Shown here piece after piece: positions 1 through 17,073 of a DNA stretch of 64,000 nucleotides. Position numbers and translations under genes: made by a program. This DNA is from the human T2T-CHM13v2.0 reference genome, Homo sapiens. Position 1 is the first letter of the stretch. Every line of letters begins with the position of its first letter. Location: assembly GCF_009914755.1 (NCBI RefSeq), contig NC_060926.1; one strand, given 5' to 3'. The notes under the pieces were generated by a model. The model worked only from the letters and a program-made list of their open reading frames with translations. It was not told where the DNA came from and searched no databases.

Positions 1-1527
1 AAAAAATGATATCATATTGGGAATTTAAGATTCCTTTTAGCTTTACTTGATTTCATAATTATTAAATGAAAAACATTCATAAAAAATCGTATATTACTGA
101 AAGACTTTTTAAAATGTAGAAACCCAATTCAAGCAAAAAGTTCAGCTGGATGTACATAAATATGCCATTTAGTAAATATTATTTTGAAAACTCAAACTTG
201 TGAAACAAGTAATAAGTTTATTTTATGTAAGTTGAAAAATAAAAAAGTTACTAACTATATGTCTTTCAAAAATGTTCTTGGGGCATATATTCTCATCACA
301 AAATAACTAGCACTTTGGATATAAAACAAGCTTGAAATTGATACAGGGTTTTTCCTTTTATAGTCATAAACATTTTTTTTAAAGTCATTAAACATTTGGT
401 GCCTAGACTCATTTTACATAGGAAATTCTGATAAATTTAAATTTAGAAAGTCTAATTTCAACAATATTAATTATTTTAAGGAAAAAACTGAAAATCAAAA
501 GCGAAAGCCCCAAGAGCATTAAAGTAGGAAAATTGAGACAAAAAGCTAGGTGATCTATACTGATTCTAAATCAATATAGTTGTTTGTTTGTACAGTGTCT
601 CATATTAACAACAGATGGAACAGATAACGTTATAACATCCAAGAGACTAAAATAATACTAGACTGTGGTAATTTTTTTTAAATTCAGATTTCGTTTTTTT
701 TTTTTTGCACAATAGGCAATCCCTCACATAATTTGGAATATTAAGTTTATTCAAGCATATTTGGTCAGAAGGAGGGTGATCTCACATTCCAGATTTCTAG
801 GCAGCCCTAATTTCAAATAATCTGTCCCATTATCTGATTTCCGTATGTACTGATATTTATTTGGAACCTATGATTCCTAAGTGTAGCAATCCAGCTAATT
901 CTAATATTACCTTTCAGAAGATTAAAATTCATTTTTCTACTCTGAAATTACATGAAGCTGTTGCTCTGCCGATGATTTTCTTCCCTATTAGCCACCTATA
1001 ATTGAAGATTGCCTGGTTGTAAAAGGGAGCCAGAGATCTGACGTAATAGAGATTAAAGGAGTATCTAGCTCTAGCGTTTACCCTACTTATATATGTCCCA
1101 CTTTTCCTGGAAAAGAAATAAACATATCTCCTGGAGATATGCCTCAAGAACATGATAGTACACTTAATACAATACAGGAATAGGAGTAAAATCAAAACAC
1201 AAGCTCATGACTGTTACAACTATAGTCTTTAATTGTACATATGCATGCACACTTGTGTACACAGATGTAAACTTGGCTTTGAGTATATTTATATATAGCA
1301 CAGGCTTAGACTCATGCATTTGGTAAATTTGGGGCACTAGTTGTCTTATTGCCTGGAAAATACTATAGAAATTCTTTTAGAATTTTACATGCACTAATCA
1401 AGAAATATATGCTAGAAATTCTTGTCAGTTAGATACTGAGTAAATTTACTGATAATGACTTAGAAGTGAAATCTAATTAATTTAAAAAACAGTATTAATT
1501 TATTAAGCATAATCCCAGATGACAGAC

Positions 1528-1685
1528 AAATGGTCCTCAATCTTGGCTGTACATTAGAATCCTATGGGAAGTTTTTAAAAAATACTGATACCAGGTACCA
1601 ATGCCAGTCTAGTGTGGGCTGGGCCTACATATTTTTTTTAAGCTCCTCAACAGATGATACTATACAGTCAGGGTTGAAACCACTC
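1528..1685. mobile_element. MER5-family hAT-Charlie DNA transposon fossil
   Basis: tggtcctcaatcttggctgtacattagaatc...cagggttgaaaccact resembles MER5A/B termini. Confidence 0.7.
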
Positions 1686-2824
1686 TTAAAGATACTCCCC
1701 AGTTTATAAAGGAGTCATTCTTGATAGAAACAAGCATTTTTCTATAGAAAAAAAAAAAAAGATATGATAGATAACTTCTTAAACTCACAAAAGCCTGGTA
1801 AATGCAAATATATTTGGGATTAGAAACTCATCACCTACACCAATCTTCCAGGAGGAAAAGCCTTGCGTTATCAGCTTGACATACTTGTAATACATTCTTT
1901 TTGTTGTTAAAGAGTCCCCTAAGGGATGGAAATAGAGAAGTCAGACCTCTGACTCCCTTTTATGACCAGGCAATCTTCAAACAGGAAGGTAAAAAGAGCA
2001 TTTCATCATTTTCTCCTCTCTATTATAGCAGCAGAAACAAGTAGTGAGCCAGTGGTCTTTTCTCTTTTCTCAGCAACTGTCGTCATCACCTCAAAGGTGG
2101 ACCTGGCCAGGGCAAGGTGTGGAGCAGGGCTTTGAATGTATGTGTGGCAGCACTAAGTACGTGGCCACTTCTCTGCCCTGTCTTTGCCACAACGCTTTCC
2201 ATGACCACTCTTGCTCATTCTGAGGTCATCTTTCTATAAGCTTCTCCAGTATTTATGTCTTTACCACTTTTTTTAGCGTTTAACTGTGAATCTCTTTGCA
2301 CTATGATTATTTTTAATCTCTCAGTAAGACTGCAAGCTTTCCCAGTGAAGACGTGTAAGTGTTTAGCAAGGAATAAGATATGCAGCAGATACTGGCTGAA
2401 ATAATTAATTATAGGTTTTTAAAAGTAGATTATTTTGGGAAAAAACCGTAAGAGTAAAAAAAGAATAGTATAGTATTATAACTGATAAAAAAAAATTCTA
2501 GTCAAACTCTGCCTTTTGAAAAACTTAAACAATGGAACTTTGTACTGCTTTGAGTGGAATATGTTGGGATGACATATGACTGCAGTCAAGGCAGTTCTTT
2601 TCTGCCAGGCCCTGAGGGAAACAAGGAAATAGGTATTCACTCTGGTGGCAAAACAGTGGGTAGCAAGTTGGAGGCTCTGGGTGATCCTCTGGCACTCGCA
2701 CATCTGTTAGTTAGGCAAAAGTGAAGACAAAAGCATGTGGAGGAGACCTTTAATACACAAAAGCAACTGATAGGTTTTAAGTAAGGGATTAGCAGAACAC
2801 ATGGATGGCTTTATATTACACTGG

Positions 2825-2830
2825 TTTATT
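2825..2830 (-). terminator. Candidate intronic polyadenylation signal (AATAAA) in intron 20
   Basis: AATAAA on the SOS1 strand followed ~25-30 nt downstream by GU-rich atgtgttctg; use is not shown by sequence alone. Confidence 0.35.
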
Positions 2831-3482
2831 TGATTTCAAAATCAGTTATTTTCAGTTTTTAACCAAAAACAAAGGGAGTAGTAATAGGGTTTTTCTTTAT
2901 CATAAACAAAGAGAAATTGAGAAAACCCTCAAGTCTAAGATTACAAAGCCTAACTCCTGAAACAATGTTTTCTCCACCTGTCCAGCTGTTTAAGTGAAAT
3001 ACTGTTAACTTAATGCTATTATAACTGTTTATAACAAAGCAGGATCCAGAGCACTGCATTCTAGAATGATTTCTTCTTCGCTGCTTAGCTAGTCATTTAA
3101 AGATTCAGCACTAGTAGAGAACTTAATATGCTTATCTCCTGTTTTTTCCACCACTTTCATTTTTAGCTACTTAAACAAAGAGAAGTAGAATTTGCAACTG
3201 ATGGCTTTTATGTGGTTTCAATAGTTCACTTATTTGAGAATCCTTAATGATACAGGCCTATAGCTGTCTGCTCTAGGGAAAAAATCCTGCAAACAGTTAA
3301 ATGGGTCAGAATAAATAATGATTTTAAGTCAGATATACTGAAAAGGTGCTGGTTTCATTTCATTACTTAATTTAGGGGGTTGGCAAGCTGGGGAGAATAA
3401 ATGGGAATCTTTTTTTACTTGGTGTCTATTTGAACTTATCAAAAATATCTGACAGCTTACTATGTGTATCACATGACTCCAT

Positions 3483-3631
3483 GGCGGGGCACAGTGGCTC
3501 ATCTATAACCCCAGCACTTTGGAAGGTTAAGGCAGGAGGTTTGTTTGAGGCCAGAAGTTTGAGATCAGCCTTGGCAACACAGCGAGACCCTATCTCTACC
3601 AAAAATTTTATAAAATTAAAAAAAAAAAAAA
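3483..3631 (+). mobile_element. Alu left monomer (FLAM-like)
   Basis: Left-arm Alu sequence ending in A tail; TSD gactccatg on both sides. Confidence 0.85.
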
Positions 3632-3659
3632 GACTCCATGACCTTCAGTCACCAAATAA

Positions 3660-3987
<328 letters not shown>

Positions 3988-4549
3988 CAAATATACTTTA
4001 GATGGCCCAAAGACAACAAAGACTACTGGGTAACTACAGATGTATGTATACTACAGGAATAAACAAATAGGATTCTGGACCAAATTTCAAAATAATATAC
4101 TACCAAAGAATTATTTTAAGTATATTTTTAGTTAGATTTCTTCCAACTGAGAGAATCTTAAAAATCGAATTTGACCCCCAGAAGGCACAGAAAAAGTATT
4201 TTGTCTTAAATCAGAAAGCTAATTAGCAGACTGGGATGACAAACCAGAAATTCTAACTTCGAGGTTAGTGCTTCTCAACCTCCTCCCCCTTAATAATGTC
4301 ATGCTGCCTCTAGTATTAGATTCTAGTATGTCAAATTAGGGGGAACTTGATTAGCACATCAAGCTAAGATAGCCAACGGTAAGGGCATGTGGAAATGGTC
4401 ATGAAAGAGTTAAAGGTGACTGGATTGAAGTTTTGATTTAATAACGAACAAATGAAAAAGGGTTCTTAGAAGAGCTTTAAAGTTTCACATGAAATTAATT
4501 TAAAAAATTATTGGTGATCTAGATTGAAAAGGTAGCCTTTCAAAAGGTG

Positions 4550-4848
4550 AGCTGTACAGTCCGGCAACCACTAGCCACATGTGATTATTGAGCATCTGAC
4601 TGTGGCTTGTCTGAACTGAGATGTGCTGTAAGTGTAAAATGCACGCTGGATTTTAAAGATTTAGAACAAAAGGAATGTAAAATATCTCAATCATAAATTT
4701 TTATATTGATTTCATGTTGAAATGACAATATTTCTGATATACTGGGTTAAATAAAATGTATTAAAGTTATTTTTGCTTTTCCTAATGAGGCTAACTAGAC
4801 AATTGAAGTTATACATGTGGCTCACATATTTCTATAGGACAGTGCTGG
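4550..4848. mobile_element. MER33/MER3-type hAT-Charlie fossil
   Basis: accactagccacatgtg...gagatgtgctgtaagtgtaaaa...ggacagtgctg terminus. Confidence 0.75.
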
Positions 4849-5061
4849 TCTAGAAATAAGAGATGGATAAGCAGTAGTGTGCAGTCTGTGAGATTTGTTT
4901 CGCTGCACTGAAAAGCACAGATAGTGTATTAGCAGCCATTATATACCATCAGGGGACCACTGGGTAGACGAAAAGGGCTTAAATCTGATACATTGCAAAA
5001 TTAAAAGCTACTAAAGAATTTGGTGGAGAGTAGATGGTGTACCCTGACTAGTATTCAAATA

Positions 5062-5272
5062 CATGTTAAGTATCCTTTATCTGAAATGCTTGGGACCAAA
5101 AGTGTTCTGGACTTCAGAATATTACATCATACTTACTGGTTTAGCATCCCTAACTGAAAAATCTCAAAACTTCCAATGAGCATTTCCTTTGAGCATTATG
5201 TTGACACTCAAAAAGTTTTGGGTTTTAGAACATTTTGGATTTTGGGTTTTTGGATGAGGGATATTCAGCCTG
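5062..5272. mobile_element. Tigger4a/MER46-type TcMar MITE
   Basis: TA-flanked; atctgaaatgcttgggacc...ccaatgagcatttcctttgagc...gggatattcagcctg; second copy near 61066. Confidence 0.8.
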
Positions 5273-5506
5273 TATAATAATTTTGGAGCCAGGCAGCATT
5301 TGAAACATGGGACTAAAATTACTTGCAGATTTTAAGACTGATCTTTGTCTCCTCTGGATAAGAGGAATGCATTTGAAAAGCTCAAATGAAATTTAAGCTG
5401 CCAATTTTACCACTAGGCCTTTCATTAACGTATAATAAATTTAAAGAGGGCTGTTCCAGCAGATTTTTTAGAAATTTCAAGTTGGTGGAGTTTAGAATTT
5501 GTCTTA

Positions 5507-5944
<438 letters not shown>

Positions 5945-6617
5945 TTAAACACTGTAGTAGAAAGGAAAGTTTTTCTATATGTGCCTGGTAAAATTCAGCT
6001 AATATACAGGAAAATCATAAATCACTAATAAGGACATAATTATTCAAATAAAAGTAGAACATTTAAAGCATTAACATTCTATTTTGCTAAAGCCCTGGTA
6101 TCTAAATTGTTAAAGAATGCATTTCTTTAAATAACTAAGTTTTAGTCCTATAAATACTAGAGTATTTGTTATTTTAATACATTTGGGTAGAAGTTTTTCT
6201 AAAATGTATTGTATATTTCCCTGGTTTTTAAAACAGACTATTTTGAGCAAATTTAACCTTGTTGAAAAGCCAGGATCATCACTGTGAATTACAATACCTT
6301 CCTATTCTGTAATACAGTGATGCCATCAGGACCATTTGAGATATTTACGAATACATTAAATTGCCCAATTTTCATTTGTGTATGTATGTTGGTTTTATTG
6401 CATTTTCCTTGCAAAATGATCATTTCTCAGTGAGTGCTTCATTGGATCAGATTATATACCTATTTATAATTTTCTATTTTTAATCCATCTTATTAAAAAC
6501 TGAACAAGGGCTTGAGAAATTTTGCTGTCAGGCAATTGCATACACTTTAATTAAAAGACATTATGTGATTTATCTTGGTCACTTAGAAGCCATCTATGTT
6601 TAATTCAGGATTCTTGA

Positions 6618-6915
<298 letters not shown>

Positions 6916-7424
6916 AGACTTTTGACTTTTTTATGAACAAGAGAGTACATAGTCAAATCAGTGAGTTGGTGATTCTATTCATAAATTTGGCTGGGCACTG
7001 ACAAGTAACAAAAAACAATGGAAACTTTATTTTCCCAAGAAAGTATTGTTAGCAAAACTTGGTATTTTATGGCTCATGATTCATGGTTGAAAGTTCTAAT
7101 AAGTCATTACTTTTAAAATGTCATAAGTAGATATTTTATTACAAGTGAATTAGTATAAATTCATTAAAATTCCTGTCTTTAAAATCTTAACATTTTTTGG
7201 GGTAAAAAAAATTAAAAACTTACATAATATTTGCTCAATTTCATCATCTTTGATATCAGGATTTACTCAAATTAATACTAACATTCATTTATTTGGAAGG
7301 AAGTGGGATATTCCTGGACATAATTATTAAGTACTTTTTCATTACTTTTAACTATCACATGTATACTTCATCCCTGAATACCTTTATGGAAAACTATATA
7401 ACACATATGGTAGTAATGACATCA

Positions 7425-7565
<141 letters not shown>

Positions 7566-7773
7566 CTAAAATAAATGCAAAGAAAAAATTATTAATATTC
7601 AAAATTATAAATTCAGTTTGAAATTCATGGAAAGTTAAGAAAACATTTAATACAAGTAAATTTGAATTATTTCTTTTAAGGTTTATTTTACTTTTTCTCC
7701 CCTATAAAATAAACCTGCCTTTTATTAAGTAGTTTATAAACTTAATCAGAAGTATGAATCTTTAAATAATTCA

Positions 7774-8234
<461 letters not shown>

Positions 8235-8709
8235 ATAAACATCCAAGAAAAAGGGAGGGAGACCAAGTTTAATAAAATTAATAGATTTGTTAGGAAGAAT
8301 AATCAATTTTCCATACCCCCTCCAAGCCATTGTTATTTGATATAAATCACAGTTTTGTTAAAGGAACTTTAAGAATAACTTCGTCACTAATGACACATCA
8401 TTTTTGGCAAACAGGAAAAATACTAAATTCAGAGGATCATAGTTTCTGCTTAGTCAGCTCTGACGGCCACACAAGAGGTTGTTATGATTTGCAATTGAGA
8501 AGTAGTACTATTTGGATAGGCTTACTCATGGAAATGTGGAAGGTTTTGCAAGCCTGTCAGATGTGGGACTGCATACGATTTATGTAAATTCTGGTCTTCA
8601 ATAGTTTGTAGACTTAGTGGCAACCTAGTAATTGATTTCCTGTTTCCCCATCACTACAGCTGTACACTGGACGAGGAGGAGAATGAACAAAATAACAGGC
8701 ACTTTCTAT

Positions 8710-9240
<531 letters not shown>

Positions 9241-9349
9241 TGGTTGTGATTGTTGATGCTGTTGTTGCATCTTGCCCTAATATTCTTATGCTTCTACCTT
9301 TTTCCCTAAAGTACTGATTACAATGCTTTGAGGAGAAAAAAGATCCTGA

Positions 9350-10660
9350 GTTCGTTCACTCCCCACATGTGTACGGATTCTCTGCTGTAAGCCAAGTCCT
9401 GCATTAGGTACTGCAGGTACAAAGATGAGAAAGACCTCCAGCAGTCCAGTGCTTAAGGCGTTCCTGACCTCAGGGATCCAGAGCTTTGAACTGTTGGCTA
9501 CTACAGTATAATTTGCTAAGCGCTACATACTAGGAGGTGCTATATTAGTAGGAATGCATAACATGCTATGAGAGCAAAAAGGAGGTATTCCAAACTCTGT
9601 CTTGAGCTGGGAGGACTAGAAAAAGAATCACAGATGAGATAATGCTTAGAATAAGTCCCCAAAAATGAGAAGTGTAATGAGTAGAATAAAGTAGAAGAGC
9701 AGTCTAAGCAAAGCAGCAGTGTGTATAAAGGCATTGATTCATGATGATGAAGCTTGCTTGAAAGGCATACTTAGAGATAATTTGCTCTTTAGTATGGCTA
9801 GACCATAGGGGTTTGGTGTGTGGGGTAGAGGAAGAGTGGCAGGATATGAGGATAGACATAGGCAAGGGCTGGGTTTGTACTTCTAAATGCTTTTGTGGTA
9901 GAGGCATACACCACAGAAATCTTTGGCCACATCCTTGGAAAGATAAAAGGATCCAAATCAATATTGAACAGATCAGCAATAATGAAATCTGACATCAATG
10001 CCTGTTTGGTTTTTAAAAGGATCCAGTTATTAAGTGCATTAGTTACTTGGTTATTTCTCAGCACCTGGGCTATGCCTGATGATACATTCATAAGACAAAG
10101 TGACTGTGTGTTCTAGTAAGCACAGGCTTTTTTATTTTCACATCTGCCTGTCATTTGGCTTTTATTTTCAGCCATTTATACTGTCCTCTACACAAGTTGC
10201 ATGATCCACTCAGCTCAGTGTTCAGTCTGACAAACACGTCCATAAGAGTATGCATGCTCAATGGCAGCCCAAATCAACCTTCCATAGTGGTCACAAACTG
10301 ATGGCCCATCTGTGAAGAGTTTGTGGGTATTAGCACTTGGACTGGGTCATGAAGTGTGCCTTTTGTCAAATAGCTTAACTTTTATCTAGGAGATAATTAG
10401 GGAATTAGAAGGATTTTGTTTGCATTCTGGAAGGATTACTCTAGGTGTACTGTGAAGCCAGGTGGGTTGGAAGGAGTTAAGACCAGTAACATGAAGAGCA
10501 GTTAGTAGGCTAACAATAGTCCTGGTGAGATGATGAGGGCTGCCCTAGTGTCTGTGGGGATAATGGGGAGTGGATAAATATTTAAGAGGTAGACTCCCCA
10601 AGAACTGATTAACTGGTTTGGGGAGGAAATGGGGGCAGTGGGAATGAAGACTCACAGCTT
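9350..10660 (-). mobile_element. Degraded L2 fragments, interrupted at ~9875-10338
   Basis: Purine-rich antisense L2-like motifs (gaaggattactctagg, gttagtaggctaacaatagtcctggtgagatgatgagg). Confidence 0.55.
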
Positions 10661-11598
10661 TGTTCTTGAAAGCACACTTGAATGAAGTTGTGAAAATGCT
10701 TATAAGTAGCACTTTGGTACAGTTTGGGATGAAATTTGGAAATTATTTTGTGCCTAACTGATGGCTAGCTAAAAGAACAAATGATCACAGCAGTGGTGTC
10801 CAAACTTTGATCTTACACTGCATCAGTAAAAAATATTTAAGCACATATCCTCGCTTTCTCCCTATATACGCATATATAGTTTAATAAAAACATAGCGTAT
10901 ATGTGTGTATGTATAACATAAACCTGAGAATTATATATTAGTAAAGCTTAGGTTTTTTTTTCATGTTTTAAAAAATATATAAATAGAAAGTCTAGTTACT
11001 CCTGTACTTCAATATATCATTTAACATACCCTACCTCTGGAGGCAGCTCTTCTAGGGAAAGAGAAAACAGAGCATTATGACAAAGAAGAGGGCTGAGGTT
11101 TCACCTTTTTTGCTGATGTCTTTCCCATCCTTCCCAGGATAAAGTAGCTGCTTAGGATTCTAGGCTTCTCTGGCATTTGTCCACACTTCAGTCTACACTT
11201 TTCTACAATACAGTGTTATGCTTACTACACAGTGCTGTGACTTATTTCTCTGCTCTTTCAAGGGAACAGAAACTACGGAACTGTATCTTATCTGTCTATT
11301 CTTAGCATGTAGCCCTGGGCATAACACATAGAGGCATTCAGCAAAGGTTTTCGATTGAATGAAAGAAGTATATTGTTTCAAAATAGAAGAGAGACATTTA
11401 AAAGACAGGCCAGGATATGAGAATCAATTCTAAAATAGCTGGAAAGCAAGAATGGAGACAAGGCAAATTTACACATAACAGAAGGAGGACACAAGATCAG
11501 AGCTGTGTAAAAGCAAAGGGCAAAGCCAATGCTAAAGGCTTGGATGTTTGATGACAAACCTGATTAAGGTACATCCTCCTTTTACCTTAGAAAAAATT

Positions 11599-11892
11599 CT
11601 ATTTTTGAAACAGAGTCTCGCCTTGTCACCCAGGCGGGAGTATAGTGGTGCGATCTTGGCTTACTACAACCTCTGCCTCCTGGCAGGTTCAAGCAATTCT
11701 TGTGCCTCTGCCTCCCGAGTAAGCTGGGACTACAGGAATGCACCACCATGCCTGGCTAACTTTTGTATTTTTAGTAGGGATGGGGTTTTGCCATGTTGGC
11801 CAGGCTGGTCTTGAACTCCTGGCCCTAAGCAATTCGCTCACCTCAACCTCTCAAAGTGCTGGGATTACAGGCTTGAGCCACTGCGCCCAGCT
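11599..11892 (-). mobile_element. Alu (S/J)
   Basis: Full antisense dimer; TSD-like gaaaaaattc. Confidence 0.9.
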
Positions 11893-12563
11893 GAAAAAAT
11901 TCATTTCTTAGCCCACCTATCCATTCTCCTATCAGTAGAATATTTTAGTTTATGGAGAAAAACTGTGTTATAGACCTGAAACATCTGGCAGAGCTTTGGA
12001 AGGAGTGACTGCCCTACTTTGATTCTTTAAATGGTGGTTGTGCCAGCAAAAGATGGGACTAACGCTGGTAAAATAATAGAGGAAGTATCAGCTACTATCC
12101 CTGACCCTCCCCCAAAGAAGGGGTTTGAAAACCAGTATCCAGAATTTAGGAAAAGAATCTGGAAGGAGTTTCTATAAACTACCATATAGACAGGATGGAA
12201 TTCAGAAGCAGCAATAACATCTGGCTTTACCCACCGGATCAGAACTGTATGAAAGGCTGTCTAACTCCAGACACTGGTAACTTTTAGCTTAAGAATAGCA
12301 CAGATAGGGCACCAAAACTGACCAGGGTCAGTTGTAGATAAACTACCTTAAAGGAGCAGAGGCTCAGTAACTAGGAAGATGGGCAAGAAGAAAGGGGTAC
12401 GAAGGTTGGCAGATGGGCTGCACCTATTAAACTTTGTGTGCCTATCAAACTACCTACATGTTTGTATTCACTCAATAAATCACACAGCTCACCTTAAAAC
12501 ACCTTATGAAATCATACTCTAAAGTGGGTCTGAAACTTCCTCCTTTCACTTAAGAACATGTTA

Positions 12564-13093
<530 letters not shown>

Positions 13094-13297
13094 TCACTTT
13101 TCTAAGCACCTGACGTAGTCCTGGTACTTAGTAGGTATTCAAGAAATATACGTTGACAGATTGAATGACATACCGTCAGATATATCCAGAGCCTTTCCAG
13201 TTCCTCTTAAACGAACTGGTAATATCTTTAAGCAAAAACATATAGGCTTTAATATTTTTCCAGGAAGAGAAAATCAATGAACTCAATATTTTTATCA

Positions 13298-13678
<381 letters not shown>

Positions 13679-14367
13679 TTAAACCTCATAAGATCAGCAG
13701 ATAATTAGAGACCTTATCTTTTTGGAGAAAAAGTAAATTAAAGCAAGTAAGTAAAAACAGAAATGAGAAAGATATATTACAAATAGCGGTAATTAAAAAA
13801 AGTTTGTAGATATAAATTGAAGGCTAGTATTTTTAAAATAATGAAATGAAGCAATTCTGTAGCAAGAAGGATGCTTTCTTAAAAGGATAAAAACCATCTA
13901 ATCAAGCAAGTAGTAAAATTATACTTTATCCCCGCTAAAACTGAGTTTCAAACAAGCTGCTTATTTCTGCCATTATTTTTAAAGCTTTGTTTGGGAAGTT
14001 AATGACCAATTATGTAAGGCGTAACATAGAAATAAGGTCAAAGGAAGAGACACTGTATCATATTTTGTAAACATGATTAAATATTTAGAAAACCCAAGGA
14101 AATTAAAAATTCTTGGAATTAAAGGTAACTTAATGAATACCATTCAAACCAAAAATACCCAGGAAAAATAATAAGGGGAAATGCTAAATATAATAAATGT
14201 TCTTTACAAATTAATTGACAGATTGTTCCAGTTACATTTGGGGGCATTCCCCCCCACTCAAACTTATAAAGTTCATTTGGAAAAATAAACAGGCAAAATT
14301 GGCCAAAAAAAAAGGACTGAAGAAACCCTGAAGAACCAACTTTATCATCTGTGAAAACACTATATAA

Positions 14368-14594
14368 AGCAGGGTTTCTCTGTCTCAGCACTGCTGACTT
14401 TTTGGACTGGATACTTACTTATTGGCTGTGGGGAAGTGTCCTATGCATTGCAGGATGTTAACAATATCTCTATCCTCTACCCACTAGATGCCTGTAGCAC
14501 CATCCCAATTAGGACAATTAAAAAAAAATTGTCTCCAGGCATTGCTAAATGCTCCCTAGGGGGGCAAAAACTGCCCCCTGCTGAGAATCACTGA
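14368..14594. mobile_element. MER20 (hAT-Charlie)
   Basis: cagggtttctc...tctacccactagatgcctgtagcacc...gagaatcactg. Confidence 0.85.
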
Positions 14595-14676
14595 TTATAA
14601 AGTGACAATCCTTAAAACTGTGGCAGGGGTATAGGAAGTCAGTGAGATACAATACATATTAAAGAAGGAGGTCCCT

Positions 14677-14972
14677 GGCCGGGTGCGGTGGCTCAAGCCT
14701 GTAATCCCAGCACTTTGGGAGGCCAAGGTGGGCGGATCATGAAGTCAGGAGATCAAGACCATCTTGGCTAACACGGTGAAACCCTGTCTCTACTAAAAAT
14801 ACAAAAAAGAAATTAGCTGGGTGTGGTGGTGGGCGCCTGTAGTCCCAGCTACTTGGGAGGCTGAGGCAGGAGAATGGCGTGAACCTTGCAGTGAGCCGAG
14901 ATGGCAGCTACTGCATTCCAGCCTGGGTGACAGAGCAAGACTCTGTGTCAAAAAAAAAAAAAAAAAAAAAAA
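14677..14972 (+). mobile_element. AluY-type with ~13-nt deletion in right arm
   Basis: ggctaacacggtg, gaatggcgtgaacc|ttgcag; TSD aagga(g/a)gtccc. Confidence 0.9.
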
Positions 14973-15569
14973 GGAAGTCCCATATGTAAACAGGGAAAAA
15001 GTAGAATCATTCAGTAAACCTAGATTAACAAATAAATAATTTGGGTGGGGAAATAAATTTGAGTATTTCATAAGATATTAAAGATACTTCAGTTTGATAT
15101 TAGAGTTAAATATAATTTTGAAAGTCATAAAAAAAGCTAGAAGAAAATATGATTATTACTAGATTATATGAACTTTCTAAGGTTAGAAACAATAGAAACC
15201 AGAATGAGAAAGGACAGATGGTAGAATTTAAAACTAATACATGTCAATGAATAAAAAGTACAAGGCAGATTGTTTGCAGGAGATACGAAAAATGACATGG
15301 ACAAGAGGAAATACAAATATTAAAGAATGTATGAAAAAAATCTCCACAGTAATCAAAGAATGGAAATTATTGCAACAAATAGCTTAGTAGTTGTAATAAT
15401 AGAAATGAAAAAAAAAAGTATCCAAAATTGGAAACCATGGGATGAAATTTGCTTTGTCATACACTTGATGGCAGCATAATTGTCATACACTTCTCATGGC
15501 AGCCTTTCAGAAAGCAACTTAAAATCACATATCAACAGTTTAAAAATGGACACCTTTTAACCTATGTAT

Positions 15570-15841
15570 AGTAGTCCCTCCCTTATCCAAAGGTGATATG
15601 TTCCAGGATCCCCAGTGGATACCTGAAACTATAGGTAGTACTAAACCCTATACATACATATACACATACATACATACCTATGAGCTTAATTTATAAATTA
15701 GGCACAGTAAGATTAAAAATAGCTAAAAGTTACATGAATGTGGTCTTTCTCTCCCAAAATATCTCATGTTTTTGGACCAAAGCTGACCATGGATAACTGA
15801 AACCGTGGAAAGTGAAACCGTGGAGATGGGAGCACTACTGT
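15570..15841. mobile_element. MER44/Tigger7-type TcMar fossil
   Basis: agtagtccctccttatcc...gtgaaaccgtggagatgggagcactactgta inverted termini. Confidence 0.8.
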
Positions 15842-16917
15842 AATTCCTCCTCTGGTTATTTGTCTCAAGAAGATATTTTCAAATACAGAAAAATAGTATA
15901 AATGAAAATGTGAATCAGAAAATCATGTGGAAAGCAAAAAAGCTGGAAACAATGTGTCCAATCACAGGGTAATGGTTAAAACAAATTGTCCAACTTTATG
16001 GAATATTATGCAGCCATTATAAATAATTAAGATTATTTAATAAAATACAAAAATATAAGATATGATAAGTGAATAACCTTAATATGCACATCATACAATT
16101 ACAATTATATACAATGTGCACAGCAAAAAGATTAGAAGTAAATACAAAAATGGTTGCTATAAAGCCCAAACAATAAAATGTGGGAAAATATATTAAAAGT
16201 ATCAGGACATAACATTGTTATATGCAGTGGGATTTAAAACTATATAAAAAATATAGATGAGGAAAAGGCTAGAAGAAACTATAGCACATACTAAAGAGAC
16301 TATAGAGAGATCATAATTTCTATAAGCATTCAAAAGAAGGATCATCAGAGCATATACTCAGGCAGAGAAAAGATGAGAGTAGGAAAGAGATATTGAATAC
16401 ATGAAAATAAAGGAAATAAAGAACGGAAAAAGATAGAGGAACCTACAGAAAGGGAGATTCAGGTGGTAGATTCAGTCCTAAAAAGGAAGGAAAAGGTACT
16501 TCCTTCCTCTGATGCAGAAGGGGAAAAATAGGAGAGAATGAAGAGAATAAAATTTTGATGTGCCAGAGGTGTGGGCCCAAAGGCACAGCAGGCACACTAT
16601 GATTTTTAGCCATGTGAAACTGTTTACAAAAATGATTATAAATATAGTTGAGTTTGGCTATGCCTCTGCTGTATTTAGTTTATTAAAATGCAATTAAAAA
16701 GGCTTTTATAAATATAAAAACACAAGTATTAAATAATATCTAATGGCTGCCTAAGATGAAAATAGAAAATGAAATGTATATTAGACTTCACCTTAAGTCT
16801 TAATGAGAAAAATTCTAAAGGGCTTCAGGTGCTAAATATTGATCAAACAAGTATTTTCTGCTGGCATATTACACATGTAATTATTCAGTCATTTAATGAA
16901 ATAAGTGTTTTGTTTTA

Positions 16918-17073
<156 letters not shown>

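Larger units (their letters stand above)
13700..16300 (+). mobile_element. Highly degraded old L1 (L1ME-type) ORF2/3' fragments, interrupted by MER20, Alu and MER44
   Basis: A-rich L1-like motifs (gaaaacccaagga, tatggaatattatgcagccatt). Confidence 0.55.

Noticed and set aside
1-900. SOS1 exon 21 (45-nt alternative exon)
   Set aside because: I could not find its coding sequence here; it should lie beyond the left edge of the window.
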